Origin: a virus | Taxonomy: Duplodnaviria; Heunggongvirae; Uroviricota; Caudoviricetes | Reading direction: 5' to 3' (one strand) | Virus record (IMG/VR): IMGVR_UViG_3300028591_000113 | Coordinates: 46,087-110,086 of that record | Length of the DNA: 64,000 nucleotides | Shown: positions 38,185 through 49,963 of the stretch, piece after piece | Numbering within the stretch: position 1 is the first letter of the stretch | Layout of the letters: every line of letters starts with the position of its first letter | Translations under genes and position numbers: made by a program | Notes under the pieces: generated by a model | Database searches by the model: none | The model's input: the letters and a program-made list of their open reading frames with translations, nothing else | What the model was told of the DNA's origin: nothing

Positions 38185-38892
38185 TATTTCATTAAGTAGG
38201 TCATCAATTTCAGTGCAGATTGGATTGCGCATTGATTGCTCAAGTTCTACAAAACCTACATAAGGTTTATCTTTTAATTTATTAATGACTTTTTGAAAGT
38301 CACAGACTTCTTTTTGATTTTGTTTGTAATCGTCAATTTGGTTCATTGAACCTAATAAAACAACTTTACAAAATTTACCAAAACGAGTAAGAATTGTTTT
38401 GAGTGCCACTATGTCAAGGTTTTGCGCTTCATCAACAATGACAATTGTATCTTCAAAACTTCGTCCGCGCAAGAAAGCAATAGGAATAGTTTCAATGCGG
38501 TGTTGATAGTCGTTGATATTTCCTTGTTTACTAATGCGAATAATCGCTTCTAAATTATCGATGAGTGGTCCCATGAAAGGACTATACTTTTCATCGATTG
38601 TGCCTGGGAGAAAGCCCATGTCTTCGCCGACTTGAACTGGATTACGGGCATAAATAATATGTCCATATTCTTTCTCAGCTTTTAGTTGTAATGCGGCTGC
38701 AAGTGTTGCAAAAGTTTTACCAGTACCGGCTTTACCTATACAAAAGATAATTGGTCTATCTTTTTCGTAAATTAGGCGGACAAGTTCTGCTTGTTCTTTA
38801 TTATTCTTAAAACTAACACCCATGTATGCCATAAGATCACCTCTTTTATACAGGTAATATAATGATTTTTGATTTTCACTGCAAGTATACAA
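38179..38892 (-). CDS. phoH: PhoH-like ATPase
   Basis: Walker A GKAGTGKTFATLAAA, IVDEAQN, RGRSF motifs; only sizeable minus-strand gene in this block. Confidence 0.8.
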   Translation of the reverse strand: MYTCSENQKSLYYLYKRGDLMAYMGVSFKNNKEQAELVRLIYEKDRPIIFCIGKAGTGKTFATLAAALQLKAEKEYGHIIYARNPVQVGEDMGFLPGTIDEKYSPFMGPLIDNLEAIIRISKQGNINDYQHRIETIPIAFLRGRSFEDTIVIVDEAQNLDIVALKTILTRFGKFCKVVLLGSMNQIDDYKQNQKEVCDFQKVINKLKDKPYVGFVELEQSMRNPICTEIDDLLNEIK

Positions 38893-39108
38893 TATACTAT
38901 ATACAGGTGACCAGTATAGATAGCGGCGACGGGTGGTGCTGTGCTCGCGACTCTATCTTATATCTAAGGAAGACTGCGGGGGAGTAGGGCCTTAGGTGTC
39001 TTGTGCTTGCACTCGTTGTGTGGAAAACACGGTCATCTTTTTTTATGTAATTTTACTTCCATTAGAGAACAATACGTGCTATAATATATATAGAAAGTAG
39101 GAATAGTT

Positions 39109-39318
39109 ATGTTAAGAGCCGACATTGAAAAAATACTTAAAGAAAAAGGAATTACACAAATAGACATTGTTTACAATGAAAATGACAAATTAGGTGTCTA
39201 TTGCACTATGAAAAATGGTAAACTATATGATTATACTAATCACGTAGTGGATAGAAAGAAGGACATTTGGGGATACCTTAAATGGAAAGACGGAAAGAGT
39301 ACCAGAGTTGCTTGGTAA
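39109..39318 (+). CDS. small hypothetical protein (69 aa)
   Basis: ORF. Confidence 0.5.
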   Translation: MLRADIEKILKEKGITQIDIVYNENDKLGVYCTMKNGKLYDYTNHVVDRKKDIWGYLKWKDGKSTRVAW

Positions 39319-39354
39319 CTCTTTTTTATTTATATTAAATAATAGAGGTATAAA

Positions 39355-40965
39355 ATGGGAAAACCTTATATTTATTATATTTCATCAAATAAAACACCTA
39401 ATATTATGTATATTGGTCAATCGATGGGTAATGACGGACGTTATGCTCGTGTTTTAAGTCACTTTTCTGGTTTATATCACTATAATAAAAATGGTGCTTA
39501 TGTTAATACACAAGGCAATGCAATTTCAGAAGGTACTCCATTGGTTGATTGATTAAAAGGCATAACATTAGATTCAGTGGAGGTTCAAATTTTTGAAGGT
39601 CCCGATTTCGGAATCCCACAAAACGTATGAATTGAATTTTGAAGTCAATGAGCAACAAGTCCGAATTTTAAAGACAAACTACCTGGCAATCTTGTAGAAC
39701 AAAAGCAACAAGCCTTAGATATTTTTAATAAACTAAATGATGAACAAAAATTAAATGCCGCAGAAATTATACATATTTATAATGCAAAAAAACATGGACA
39801 AATTTTAGTCCAAACTCAAATGGGTGGTCAAAATCTTAATTTATTTAAGCGTGGTAGTAATATTGTATTAAATAGAGAAATGTCACCAACTCAAATGCAA
39901 ACTCTTTTAGATGCTCATACAGGATCGATTGAAAAGATGCAACAAATTTTTGATGAAATGTTCCATAAATATGTATTAAATAATCCTCTATATATTGAAC
40001 GAATTAGTGATGCAAAAATTTGGACATCATTGGAATCTAAAAATACTTCTAGCGCTGGATATAAAATGTTGCGCAGTATTACTGATGATTTTTTACAAGA
40101 ACCTCAATATGGTAGTGTTTCTCGCTTAGATGCTATTTTAAATGAAGTTGCCGATGAGTGTGGACATGAAAATTACTTTAGAGTTTCATGAGGTGAAAAA
40201 TTACCAGAAAATCGTCGTCCTACTTTTTACCGTCAAAAGCGAAATGATAGCTATGATACTTTAATTGATGCATTAACTTCACAATTAAAAAGTAAAGCAA
40301 AGACTATTAATCAGAATAAAAATGATAAAGACATCTCTACAATTCTAAAAGACCTTATTGAGAATGGTCAAATTAATGTTAGTGTAGGTACCATTATGGA
40401 CATAAAACTTTTAATAAGTTATAATGGTTTAAGTTCTTTTAATGCAACTGGAAGTTTTATTGATATATCATCTAACTTAAAAATGATGTCTTATTACTAT
40501 TTTGCACATTGGGCTCAGCAATATTTTAATGAAAATACTTTTTCTTGAGGTCGCTCTAGATGGTCCGACAGTGAAGGCAATCGCTATGCGCGAATTAATG
40601 GCAAATTATGTATAAATTATATTTGATTAAAATACCAAGAAGAAGGAATTATTAACGGATATACTGAAAATTATGAAACCTTTAGAACTACTTTTGGACG
40701 CCAAATGTTAACACTGTATACTAAAAATCGTGGTTCAATATCTGGTAATCCGCTAGTCATGGAAGAAGTTTTTAATTTAAATGATACAACAGACATTCGC
40801 AAAGCCGGTGTATTCGATGTACCAAACATTGGCATCGAAGACGACCGAATCGTTTATTTAGCCTATTTCTTTTCTGACGCTACATATGATTATATGTCAC
40901 GTATTTTAACAGGAGAAGTAAGTGAAGATGATGCGGCTACTGTTGCGAATGTAAAATATTATTAA
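39355..40965 (+). CDS. large hypothetical protein (536 aa, about 10 TGA-Trp) with N-terminal GIY-YIG-like motif
   Basis: Three standard-code ORF pieces (39355, 39820, 40705) are in one frame joined by TGA codons; N-terminus YIYYISSN...YIGQS...R...H. Confidence 0.5.
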
Positions 40966-40975
40966 AGGAGATTTT

Positions 40976-41545
40976 ATGGTCGATTTTTTAAGACCAGTCC
41001 AACTGGGCTGATACAAACTTAATGATGCGGCAGTAGTGCCGACTAAAACCGAAAATAATGCAGGTTTTGATATTTATACAACAGAAACCGATATTACCTT
41101 ACAACCGCAAGAACACAGACTATTTAAAACTGATTTAGCAGTAGTGCCAGAAGAAGGTTGATGGTTACTTGTAAAAGATCGCGGTTCTACTGGTAGCAAA
41201 GGCATCCATGTTCATTGCGGCGTCATCGACAACAACTATAGAGGAGAAATATTTATTTGTTTAAATAATGATAACTATTATCCTGTAAAGTTTACCAATA
41301 ACGAAGAACCTGGATTACATACTCATAAAGAAAAGGTTCACAACACTGTGGGCGAAAGTTCCGCTTATACTTTGGTTGAGATTGAAGTTATTGATTATTT
41401 AGTTTATCCTACATCCAAGGCGATTGCACAAATCATTCCAATTTTACAACCAGTAGTAGAAAGTAAGGTATTAAGTAATGCGGAATGGGAAACCTATAAG
41501 AATACAGACCGCGGCGACGGAAAGTTAGGTAGTAGCGGAAAATAG
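40976..41545 (+). CDS. dut: dUTP pyrophosphatase (dUTPase) with internal insertion
   Basis: Motifs AGFDIY, KDRGSTGSKG, GVIDNNYRGEI, C-terminal RGDGKLGSSG; 3 TGA-Trp. Confidence 0.7.
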
Positions 41546-41722
41546 GTTGACAATTAAATAATACATTAGTATAATATATTTATCATATGAGGCGGCGTTA
41601 TACTTATTTCGTATGAAGGAAACGCTGGGCACACAAGATAAGCGCCATTAATTGTGGTGCTTTTTTTGTTGACAAAGACCAAAATCGTCTTTATAATATG
41701 ATTAGAATGAAAGGAGTATTCT

Positions 41723-42007
41723 ATGTACTTTACAGAATTAGCAGAATACGTTGGCGGTTTAGATACCTTCTTAGATAAATTTGAAGTTAAAAGCGCCATG
41801 AATGAATCTGGCAAATTAGTCATTTTAGAAACAAAAGAAACTTACATCTATGAAGATGAAGGTGATGCCGATAAAAAGATTAATGAAGCCCGCCAAGACA
41901 TCGGTTTCCTTGAAGCCAAAAAGAAATTCAAACAAGGTAAAGCCAATAAGAACGGTGAAATTACTCGTCCAGATACTTGGACAGTTGTCATTAAATTAAG
42001 TCACTAA
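41723..42007 (+). CDS. hypothetical protein (94 aa)
   Basis: ORF with AAGGAG RBS. Confidence 0.5.
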   Translation: MYFTELAEYVGGLDTFLDKFEVKSAMNESGKLVILETKETYIYEDEGDADKKINEARQDIGFLEAKKKFKQGKANKNGEITRPDTWTVVIKLSH

Positions 42008-42282
42008 TGGAAATCAAAATCCAACATACCATGTATATGGATGTAACATTTATAGGTACTCCTGAAGAATGTTTTGAAATATATAAATGGTATGACCAAT
42101 ACAAAACAGGCAAGACAAATGATAGAATTATCAAAGCTGTAATTAACATAATTCAAGAAATGCCATATGAAAGGGCGCTTGAAATGTGTCAAAATATGCA
42201 TCTTGATAAAGATTATGATTTGGAAACTATGTCTACTGATGAATTAAAAGCCCTTCTTATTGACAAAATCACAACAAAATAA
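42007..42282 (+). CDS. hypothetical protein (91 aa)
   Basis: ORF. Confidence 0.5.
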   Translation: MEIKIQHTMYMDVTFIGTPEECFEIYKWYDQYKTGKTNDRIIKAVINIIQEMPYERALEMCQNMHLDKDYDLETMSTDELKALLIDKITTK

Positions 42283-42284
42283 TT

Positions 42285-42638
42285 ATGACACGACCATTGT
42301 CCGGCATATACAAAATTACCAATACTAAAAACAATAAAGTCTATGTCGGACAATCGCAAAATGTCTATGAGCGAGAATCCGAACATTTTCTTGCACTTAG
42401 ACGAGGCAGACATCCAAACAAACTAATGCAAAAAGATTGGAATAAAGATAATCATGGCTTTAGGTTTGATGTTATAGAGTTTGTTCCGCTTAAAGATTTA
42501 AATGAGCGCGAAAAATACTGGATCGATAAATTGGGCACTATGGAGCCGCATGGTTATAACCAAGACTGAGTTCCATATAAAAGAAAAGAACCAAAGAAAC
42601 CTGCTTATAAACAAAAACATTACAGGAGGACAAGATAA
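42285..42638 (+). CDS. GIY-YIG homing-endonuclease-like protein
   Basis: GIYKITN...KVYVGQS...RESEH motif; one TGA-Trp extends ORF to 117 aa. Confidence 0.7.
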
Positions 42639-42842
42639 TGGAAGGTTATCATGCCTGTTGATGCGCACTTCCAGCAATAAGAGGTAATACTGACTGTTGC
42701 CAGGGATGCGCAAATAATCCTTGAAAAGATAAAAACATTCTAGATGAATGAAAAAATTTTAATATTGATGAAATAAAAAATGGTCGTATGGTTGTTGAGT
42801 ATGATAAAAATGGCTCAATAATTAAAATTACATATTACAATT

Positions 42843-42939
42843 AGGGGTGTGGCGTAATGGTAGCGCAGCGGTCTTCAAAACCGTAAAGATTCCGTGTCCA
42901 AAGCGGTAGGTGCGGGTTCGACTCCTGTCACCCCTGCCA
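42843..42939 (+). tRNA. tRNA with UCA anticodon (reads UGA), 97 nt, long variable arm, selC-like T-arm GGTTCGACTCCTGT; suppressor/tRNA-Sec-like
   Basis: Acceptor AGGGGTG/CACCCCT perfect + G73 + CCA, anticodon stem GCGGT/ACCGT loop CTTCAAA (U33, A37), about 25-nt extra arm. Confidence 0.65.
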
Positions 42940-42963
42940 GTTTTATAAAGAAAGGATTTTAAT

Positions 42964-43788
42964 ATGAAAAACTATGCATATGTTAGTGTATTAGGAAATA
43001 ATGAGTTTCTTAACGCAGCAATAGTTTTAATATACTCTTGAAAAAGAACTAAATCACAATATCCTTTTTATTTAATTATAACTACAGAAATTACAGAGCA
43101 AAATAAGGAAATCTTACGTAGTATTGGATATTCATTAATTGAAATTGAACCATACTGTCCTGAAATTTATAAAAAACAATTAGCAGAATGTACCAATCTT
43201 GATGCGATAAATATTCATGGTAGAAATACTAATATAGGTTGAAAACACTATTTTAACATGCTTTATTGTTGAAGTTTAGTTCAATTTGATAAAATATGTT
43301 GAGTAGATATTGATGTCATATTTATCCAAAATATAGATGATTTATTTAATCAGTATGATGATTTTGCTATACAATATCATGACCATTATAAGTTTGATGT
43401 TAATTTTATTATTTTAAAACCAAATCAGACTGTTTTTAAACAATTACTTGATTTTGCAGAAAAATGCCCGCCTAGAGAGGATTTTCAGGTGCTTGATGGT
43501 TATCAAATTCTTACATACTTTTTTAAAAATGAATGTAAACAAGAGAGTAGTTATATACGTTATATAGTATATGATGTGCGCTGATTGGGCACTCTTAATT
43601 ATGATTATTGACGTTGCTATAATAAAATAAGAGTTATACATTTTGGTGGCATAAAACCTTGAATGTTATCCGATATAACATGTAGAGATATATACCAAGA
43701 CTATTGATGAAAAGAGTATCTTCATATATTAAATTATGGCATTGAAGATATTAACAATAAAATGGGACTACAGTTAGAGGAGTATTAA
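42964..43788 (+). CDS. glycosyltransferase family 8 (glycogenin-like) paralog 1; 9 TGA-Trp, 0 TGG
   Basis: Alignment by eye to glycogenin: YCW-SLVQFDKICW-VDIDVIFIQNIDDLF (DxD) and HFGGIKPW; TGA sits at conserved Trp positions. Confidence 0.7.
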
Positions 43789-43792
43789 TATA

Positions 43793-44611
43793 ATGAATAA
43801 TATTTATTTATCAGTATTCAATCATAATGAACAAATTTATCCTCTAATTACTTTAATGTATTCTTGGAAACAAACAAATTCAATATATCCGTATTACTTA
43901 TTAATCACTCCCAATATTAACAAAAAGCATAGAAAAATAATAAAATGATTAGGTTTTAAAATTATAGAAATAGATACATGAGCATCTTTAGATGAGGGTA
44001 TTAACTGTAGTGAAATAGAAAAACAAGATATAATTGCTAAATTTAAAGTATTTGATTTAATACAATTTGATAAAATTTTAATGTTAGATTGTGATATTTT
44101 GTTTTTACATAATACTGACTATTTATTCGAATATCCAACTATAACGAGCGTTTCTTGGCAATCTAAAGAGTTCCGAAGTGAGTGCTTGTTATTAGAACCA
44201 AATCATGAACTATATTTAAGTTTAATTAATTATGTTAATCAATATGAACATTTTAAAGATTATTCTTCTATTTTAAAAGATTTTTTCTGAGATTTAATAT
44301 TTAGACGAGACCATTTGTTTGAACGAACTTCTTTTTATAATTTATTAGACTGTAATAATGACAATGTTAATTGAATTAATGAATGAATAAAAATTGATAT
44401 TATTTATATGACTAATGGAAACAAGCCATGAAAAACTGCAACTACAATAACTGACAGCTGAAGTAAAGATTGATATACTGCAAGAATGCTATATCAACAC
44501 TACTTAAACACATTAAATTATGGAATTGATGATCTCCGTCATAAAAAAATAATAACAAAAGAAGATTTATTAAAACCCGAAGAAAAATATAATGAAATTA
44601 AAAAAGATTAA
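43793..44611 (+). CDS. glycosyltransferase family 8 paralog 2
   Basis: Same architecture (LDCDILFLHNTDYLF DxD motif), frame intact only with TGA=Trp. Confidence 0.65.
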
Positions 44612-44637
44612 TATGATTAATGAAAGGATCCTTCTAT

Positions 44638-45480
44638 ATGAATAATTATGCCTATGTCAGTTTAATTGCTACAAACAATTATATTGGTGCGGCAGTTACA
44701 ATGATGGAATCTTGAAGACAATTAAACTCTAAGTATCCATTTTATTTGATGGTAACTGACAACATTACAGATGAAAATCGAATCATTTTACAAATATTAG
44801 GATTTAAATTAATAGATATAAAAGAATGACGCCCAGAGTCTTATGATGCTCAAAGAAGCACCATTACAGATGAGCAAGTTTTAATATGGCATGGAACCAA
44901 TGATGTCGAAACTCGTGGATGGCGCCATACTTTTTCTAAATTACTAGTGTGAAACCTAACACAATTTGATAAAGTTTGCTGACTTGATTTGGATATTATT
45001 TTCTTTCGCAATATAGATGATGTTTTTGATTTTCCTACTCCAGCTTGATTAGGACCAGATATTAATGGACATAGTGCATCGCAAATTTTTGTAATAGAAC
45101 CCAACACTGTTGTGTTTAATAAACTTATTAAGTTTGCTGAACACTTCCCAAATGATGAAAAAAAACTTTACACAGATGAAGAAGTATTGCACAGTTTTTT
45201 CCAACAAGAAGTTGAGTATAATAAAATTATTCCACTATATTTTGTATATAATTGAAACAGATGCGGTATTACTTGTGAATTTATAGAAAATTCATTAAAA
45301 ATTCGTGGCGTTCATATGACTGGCACAGAGAAGCCATGATTAAGAGGTCGTAGTTTTGTTTCACATTATAGTGTTGGATGGTATCCCGCATATTTTATTT
45401 GAAATTATTATATATCTTTATACAATGCAGGAGCGAGTAAGTTAAATCAAAAAGGGTTTAATTTACCTATTATAGATTAA
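44638..45480 (+). CDS. glycosyltransferase family 8 paralog 3
   Basis: LDLDIIFFRNIDDVF, HMTGTEKPW motifs. Confidence 0.7.
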
Positions 45481-45481
45481 T

Positions 45482-46354
45482 ATGAAGAATTATGTATATA
45501 TGTCTTTATTTAGCCATAATGAGTATATTTATCCTTTGTTGGCTTTAATGTATTCTTGAAAAAAGACGCAATCAAAATATCCTTATTATTTATTAGTTAC
45601 GCCAAACATTTCTGCGGAAAACAAAGAAATAGTGCAATCTATTGGTTTTCATATCATTGAAACAGAGGAATGGCAACCTCAAAGTTATAAAATGATGTGC
45701 GCGCAAATTTCTAAGCAAGTAAAAGATTTTTGGCAATGACATGGTGCTACAGATGAAGAAAAAGGATGGCGCCATACTTTTACAAAATTTAAAGCCTTTG
45801 GACTGACTCAATTTGACAAAATATTATTATTAGACTGTGATATTTTAATCTTAAAGAATGTAGATGACCTCTTTGAATATCCTTCTATTACAAGTGTTTC
45901 TTGGTGAAAGGGCAATTTTTGTAGTGGATGCTTATTATTTGAACCCAATCAAAAATTATGGGAAAAACTAGAAGATTTTTCTAATGAATATGTTAGAACC
46001 AATCAAGGTTTTCCTTATGATGATTATATGATATTAAAAGATTTCTTTACAGAAGATATAGTTAATAATCGTGGTCATTTAATTCCTAAAACCGATTTCT
46101 TTAATTTATTTGATTTCAAAGATAATCCTGAAAAAAGCGCCGCTTTATGACAAGATATTAGAATTATACATATGACTGGTCAAACCAAACCATGGCGACG
46201 CGGGAAACCTGTTAATATAGATATGCGCAATGAATGAGGATTTGTTCTGTTGTGGCATGCTTATTATTTACAATTATTAAATAATGCCATTAAAGAATTA
46301 CAACAACATGGTTTTAATTCTTTATCTGAAATAGATTATGAAAAGTGAGATTAA
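45482..46354 (+). CDS. glycosyltransferase family 8 paralog 4
   Basis: LDCDILILKNVDDLF, HMTGQTKPW motifs. Confidence 0.7.
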
Positions 46355-46357
46355 AAT

Positions 46358-47240
46358 ATGAAAAATTATGCTTATGTAAGTTTATTAGCAACTGATAATT
46401 ATATTGGCGCCGCCATAGTTTTAATGGAGTGTTGAAGAGAATTAAAATCTCCTTATCCATTTTACATGATGGTTACAGAAAATATTTCACAAGAAAAAAT
46501 TGAGATATTAGAAGTATTAGGCTTTAAAATTATTCATATTAATGAATGGCAACCAACTGAATATGTTAATATGAAAGAGAGCTTAAAAGATGATAAAGAA
46601 GCTATTCATTGGCATGGAACAAATCCTTTAAGTAATGGTTGGCAACATATCTTTTCTAAATTATTAATATGAAATCTTACTCAATTTGACAAAGTGTGTT
46701 GAGTTGATTTAGATATTATTTTCTTTCGCAACATTGATGATGTATTCGATTTACCTGGGTCAACATTTTTAGAACCAGATGCAAATGATTATGTATCTTC
46801 ACAATTAATTGTGGCAGAACCAAATGAACATTTATTTAAAGCGTTAAAAGAATATGGTGATAGATTTATTCCAACAGAAGAAACCCATCATAGTATTTTT
46901 ACAGATGAAGATATTATTCACTCATTCTTTCATGATGAAATTGCAAATTGTAAAAAATTTATTCCAATTACATATAGTTATGCATGGAACAGATGCTCTA
47001 TTGCTTTAGAGTTTATGCAATTAAGTCATCAATTACATGGTGTTCATATTACTGGCCCAGCAAAACCATGACTTTTAGGAAATGATTATATTCGTAATTT
47101 TTCGTCTCAATGGTATCCAGCAAAAGCAATTTGAAGTTATTACGTTTCTTGTTATAACGTAGGAGTTAAAAAACTTATGGCAAAAGGCTTTAAAAATTTA
47201 ACTTTATGACCAGAAGGAGACGAATATGACCTCAAAGTTT
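46358..47240 (+). CDS. glycosyltransferase family 8 paralog 5
   Basis: VDLDIIFFRNIDDVF, HITGPAKPW motifs; C-terminus reads through TGA into start region of next gene. Confidence 0.65.
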
Positions 47241-48374
47241 AGAATCCATGTTTTAGGTTTACCACATACAAAAACACACTTAGATTATGTTGCTTGCGCT
47301 TTTACACAGAAGATTTTATTATTCTGTAAAATGATGCACCAGCGTGGACATTACATTATTCACTATGGCGTAGAGGGATCAAATCCAGAGTGCGATGAGA
47401 ATGTTGTTGTTTTAAGTGATGAAGAATTTACAAAAGAGTTCGGAGTAAATAAAAAACATACCGACCTTTATAAATTTAATACTGATAGTGAAGCAGTTCG
47501 TATTTATACTGAAAACTGTATTAAAGAAATCAGCAAAAGAAAACAAAAAAATGATTTTATTTTACCATTCTGGGGATGTGGCCAACAAGCAATTTGTGAG
47601 TCATTCCCTGATATGCTTACCGTAGAGCCTGGTATTGGCTATATCGGCGCCGCATTTGCACCATTTAAGATTTATGAATCTTACTTCATGTTAAGTTATG
47701 ATGCAGGTCGTACTAATAATTATTTATTACCATCATTTTATGATGTAGTAATTCCTCCATTTTTTGATTTAGATGAATTTGAATATAATCCAAATGACCG
47801 CACTAAAGGTCCAGATCGCTATTTCGCTTTTTTAGGACGCATTGGCGACCATAAAGGAGTTAATATTGCTATACAAGTGTGTAAGGTATTAGGTGTGAAA
47901 TTAAAAATAGGCGGTCAGCCTTGTGATGAATATAAGAATTTTAATTGACCAGATTGTGTAGAATATATTGGTCATTGTGATGTGCAACAGAGAAAAGAAT
48001 TGTTTAAAAATGCAATAGGTACTTTTGTTGCTTCAAGATATATGGAACCTTTTGGTTATGTTCAAATTGAATCTTTATTGTGCGGAACTCCTATTATTAC
48101 TACAGATTGAGGCGCTTTCCCAGAAGTAAACATTGAAGGAGTGACTGGTTATAGATGTCAGACTTTTAATGACTTTCTAGCAGCAGCACTTCATCTACTT
48201 AATCGAGATATTGATTATATAAACTGTCGTAAGCGCGGTGAAGACTATCGTTTTGAGAAAATTGCGCCGCTTTATGAAAAACACTTCCAAGATATATTAA
48301 ATCTGACTTTGAAATCAGGTTGGTATACAATTAGTCCAGAAATTGAAGAAAAAATTAACAAATTAAAGGAGTAA
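47226..48374 (+). CDS. GT-B glycosyltransferase (GT4-like, EX7E motif) paralog A
   Basis: C-terminal [24 protein letters not shown] motif typical of GT4; two standard ORF pieces joined by TGA. Confidence 0.6.
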
Positions 48375-48376
48375 AT

Positions 48377-49519
48377 ATGAAATTTCGTTTCCATGTTTTA
48401 AGTATTCCACATACCCGCACCAATTTAGACTATACTGCTTGCGCTTATACACAAAAGGTATTTAAGTTCTGTAAGATGATGCATCAACGTGGACATTATA
48501 TTATTCATTACGGTGTAGAAGGCTCAAATCCAGAATGCGATGAAAATGTCACTGTAGTTAGTAATGAAATATATGACCGTGTATATGGTAATCATGATTA
48601 TCACAAAAACTGGTTTAAGTTTGATGAAAATGACGAATGTTATCAGACTTTTTATAAAAATACTATTGAAGAAATTAATAAACGTAAACAACCAGGAGAT
48701 TTTGTTTTAGCATTTTGGGGTCCAGGTAATAAGCCAATTTGCGACGCGCTTTCTGATATGATTATTGTAGAACCTGGAATTGGATATTGCAATAGTTGGA
48801 CACAATTTAGAGCTTATGAATCTTATGCTATTATGCACGCAGACCAAGGACGCGATGCAATGCTTTATGCTAATCCTAAATGGTATTTCACTGTAATTCC
48901 AAATTATTTTGATGTGGCTGATTTTGACTGGACTAAAACATATGAAGAACGTAAAAAAGATCCTTATTTCTTATTTTTAGGGCGCGTTTATGACGGCAAA
49001 GGATTAAATATTGCTATACAAATTTGTAAGCAACTTGGTATTAAACTGAAGGTTGCGGGGCAATTAACACCAGAATACGAAAATTTCCCATGAGACGAAC
49101 AGATTGAATTTGTTGGTTATGCTGACAAAGATAAACGTAATGAGTTAATGGGAGGTGCATTAGCATCTATTGTTGCTTCTACTTATGTCGAACCTTTTGG
49201 AGGTGTTCAGGTAGAAAATCTATTATGCGGAACTCCAACAATTACTACTGATTGGGGTGCTTTTGTAGAGAATAACATTGAAGGCGTTACTGGTTATAGA
49301 TGTCGCACATTTGACGATTTCATTAATGCGGCATTAAATTGTTATGAAGGTAAAATAAAATACGAAAATTGTCGTAAACAAGGCGAAAAATTTTCTTTAG
49401 AAAATATCGCTCTTAAATATGAAAAATTCTTTCAAGATATTTGGAATATTTATAATGGTGATGGATGGTATCAATTTACCGAGCAAACAAAAGAACGCTT
49501 AAAGAATTTTAAAAAATAG
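48377..49519 (+). CDS. GT-B glycosyltransferase (GT4-like) paralog B
   Basis: YVEPFGGVQVENLLCGTPTITTDW; about 60% identical by eye to paralog A. Confidence 0.6.
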
Positions 49520-49595
49520 TTTAGTTCGGGGTGCCTCAGCCCGATATATACACTGCGCAAAGGCGCGCATTATTATTACGGAGGTAGAAAGTAAT

Positions 49596-49868
49596 ATGAA
49601 GTATTATTCAGAACAAACAAAGAAACTCTATGAATCTCAAGAAGATTTAGAAAAAGCCGAAAAAGACTTTGAAGAAAAGAAAGCGGTTGCATTAAAAAAG
49701 AAAGAGGCTCGTGAAGCCAGAGCAAAAGAAGTTGCAGATGCTTATAATAAGTATGTTGAACTTTTTAATGCTTTTGTTAAAGATTATGGTTACTATGTAG
49801 ATTATCGTAAGTCTGCTGGTGATGAAATGCTTAGAGTCTTTAGTACTCTTTTAGATTGGCCATTTTAA
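49596..49868 (+). CDS. small Lys/Glu-rich coiled-coil protein (90 aa)
   Basis: ORF; terminator 49890-49919. Confidence 0.45.
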   Translation: MKYYSEQTKKLYESQEDLEKAEKDFEEKKAVALKKKEAREARAKEVADAYNKYVELFNAFVKDYGYYVDYRKSAGDEMLRVFSTLLDWPF

Positions 49869-49963
49869 TTAAATAAATATTTACTGAGACAAGAGTCGAG
49901 AAATCGACTCTTTTAATTTGACATAAAATAAGTAGAATAGTAGATTAATAATGAGGTAATAGT

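Noticed and set aside
42964-49519. TGA decoded as Gly (code 25, SR1/Gracilibacteria) instead of Trp
   Set aside because: In the GT8 genes TGA sits on the tryptophans that are invariant in glycogenin (CW-SL, KPW). Trp is the consistent reading.
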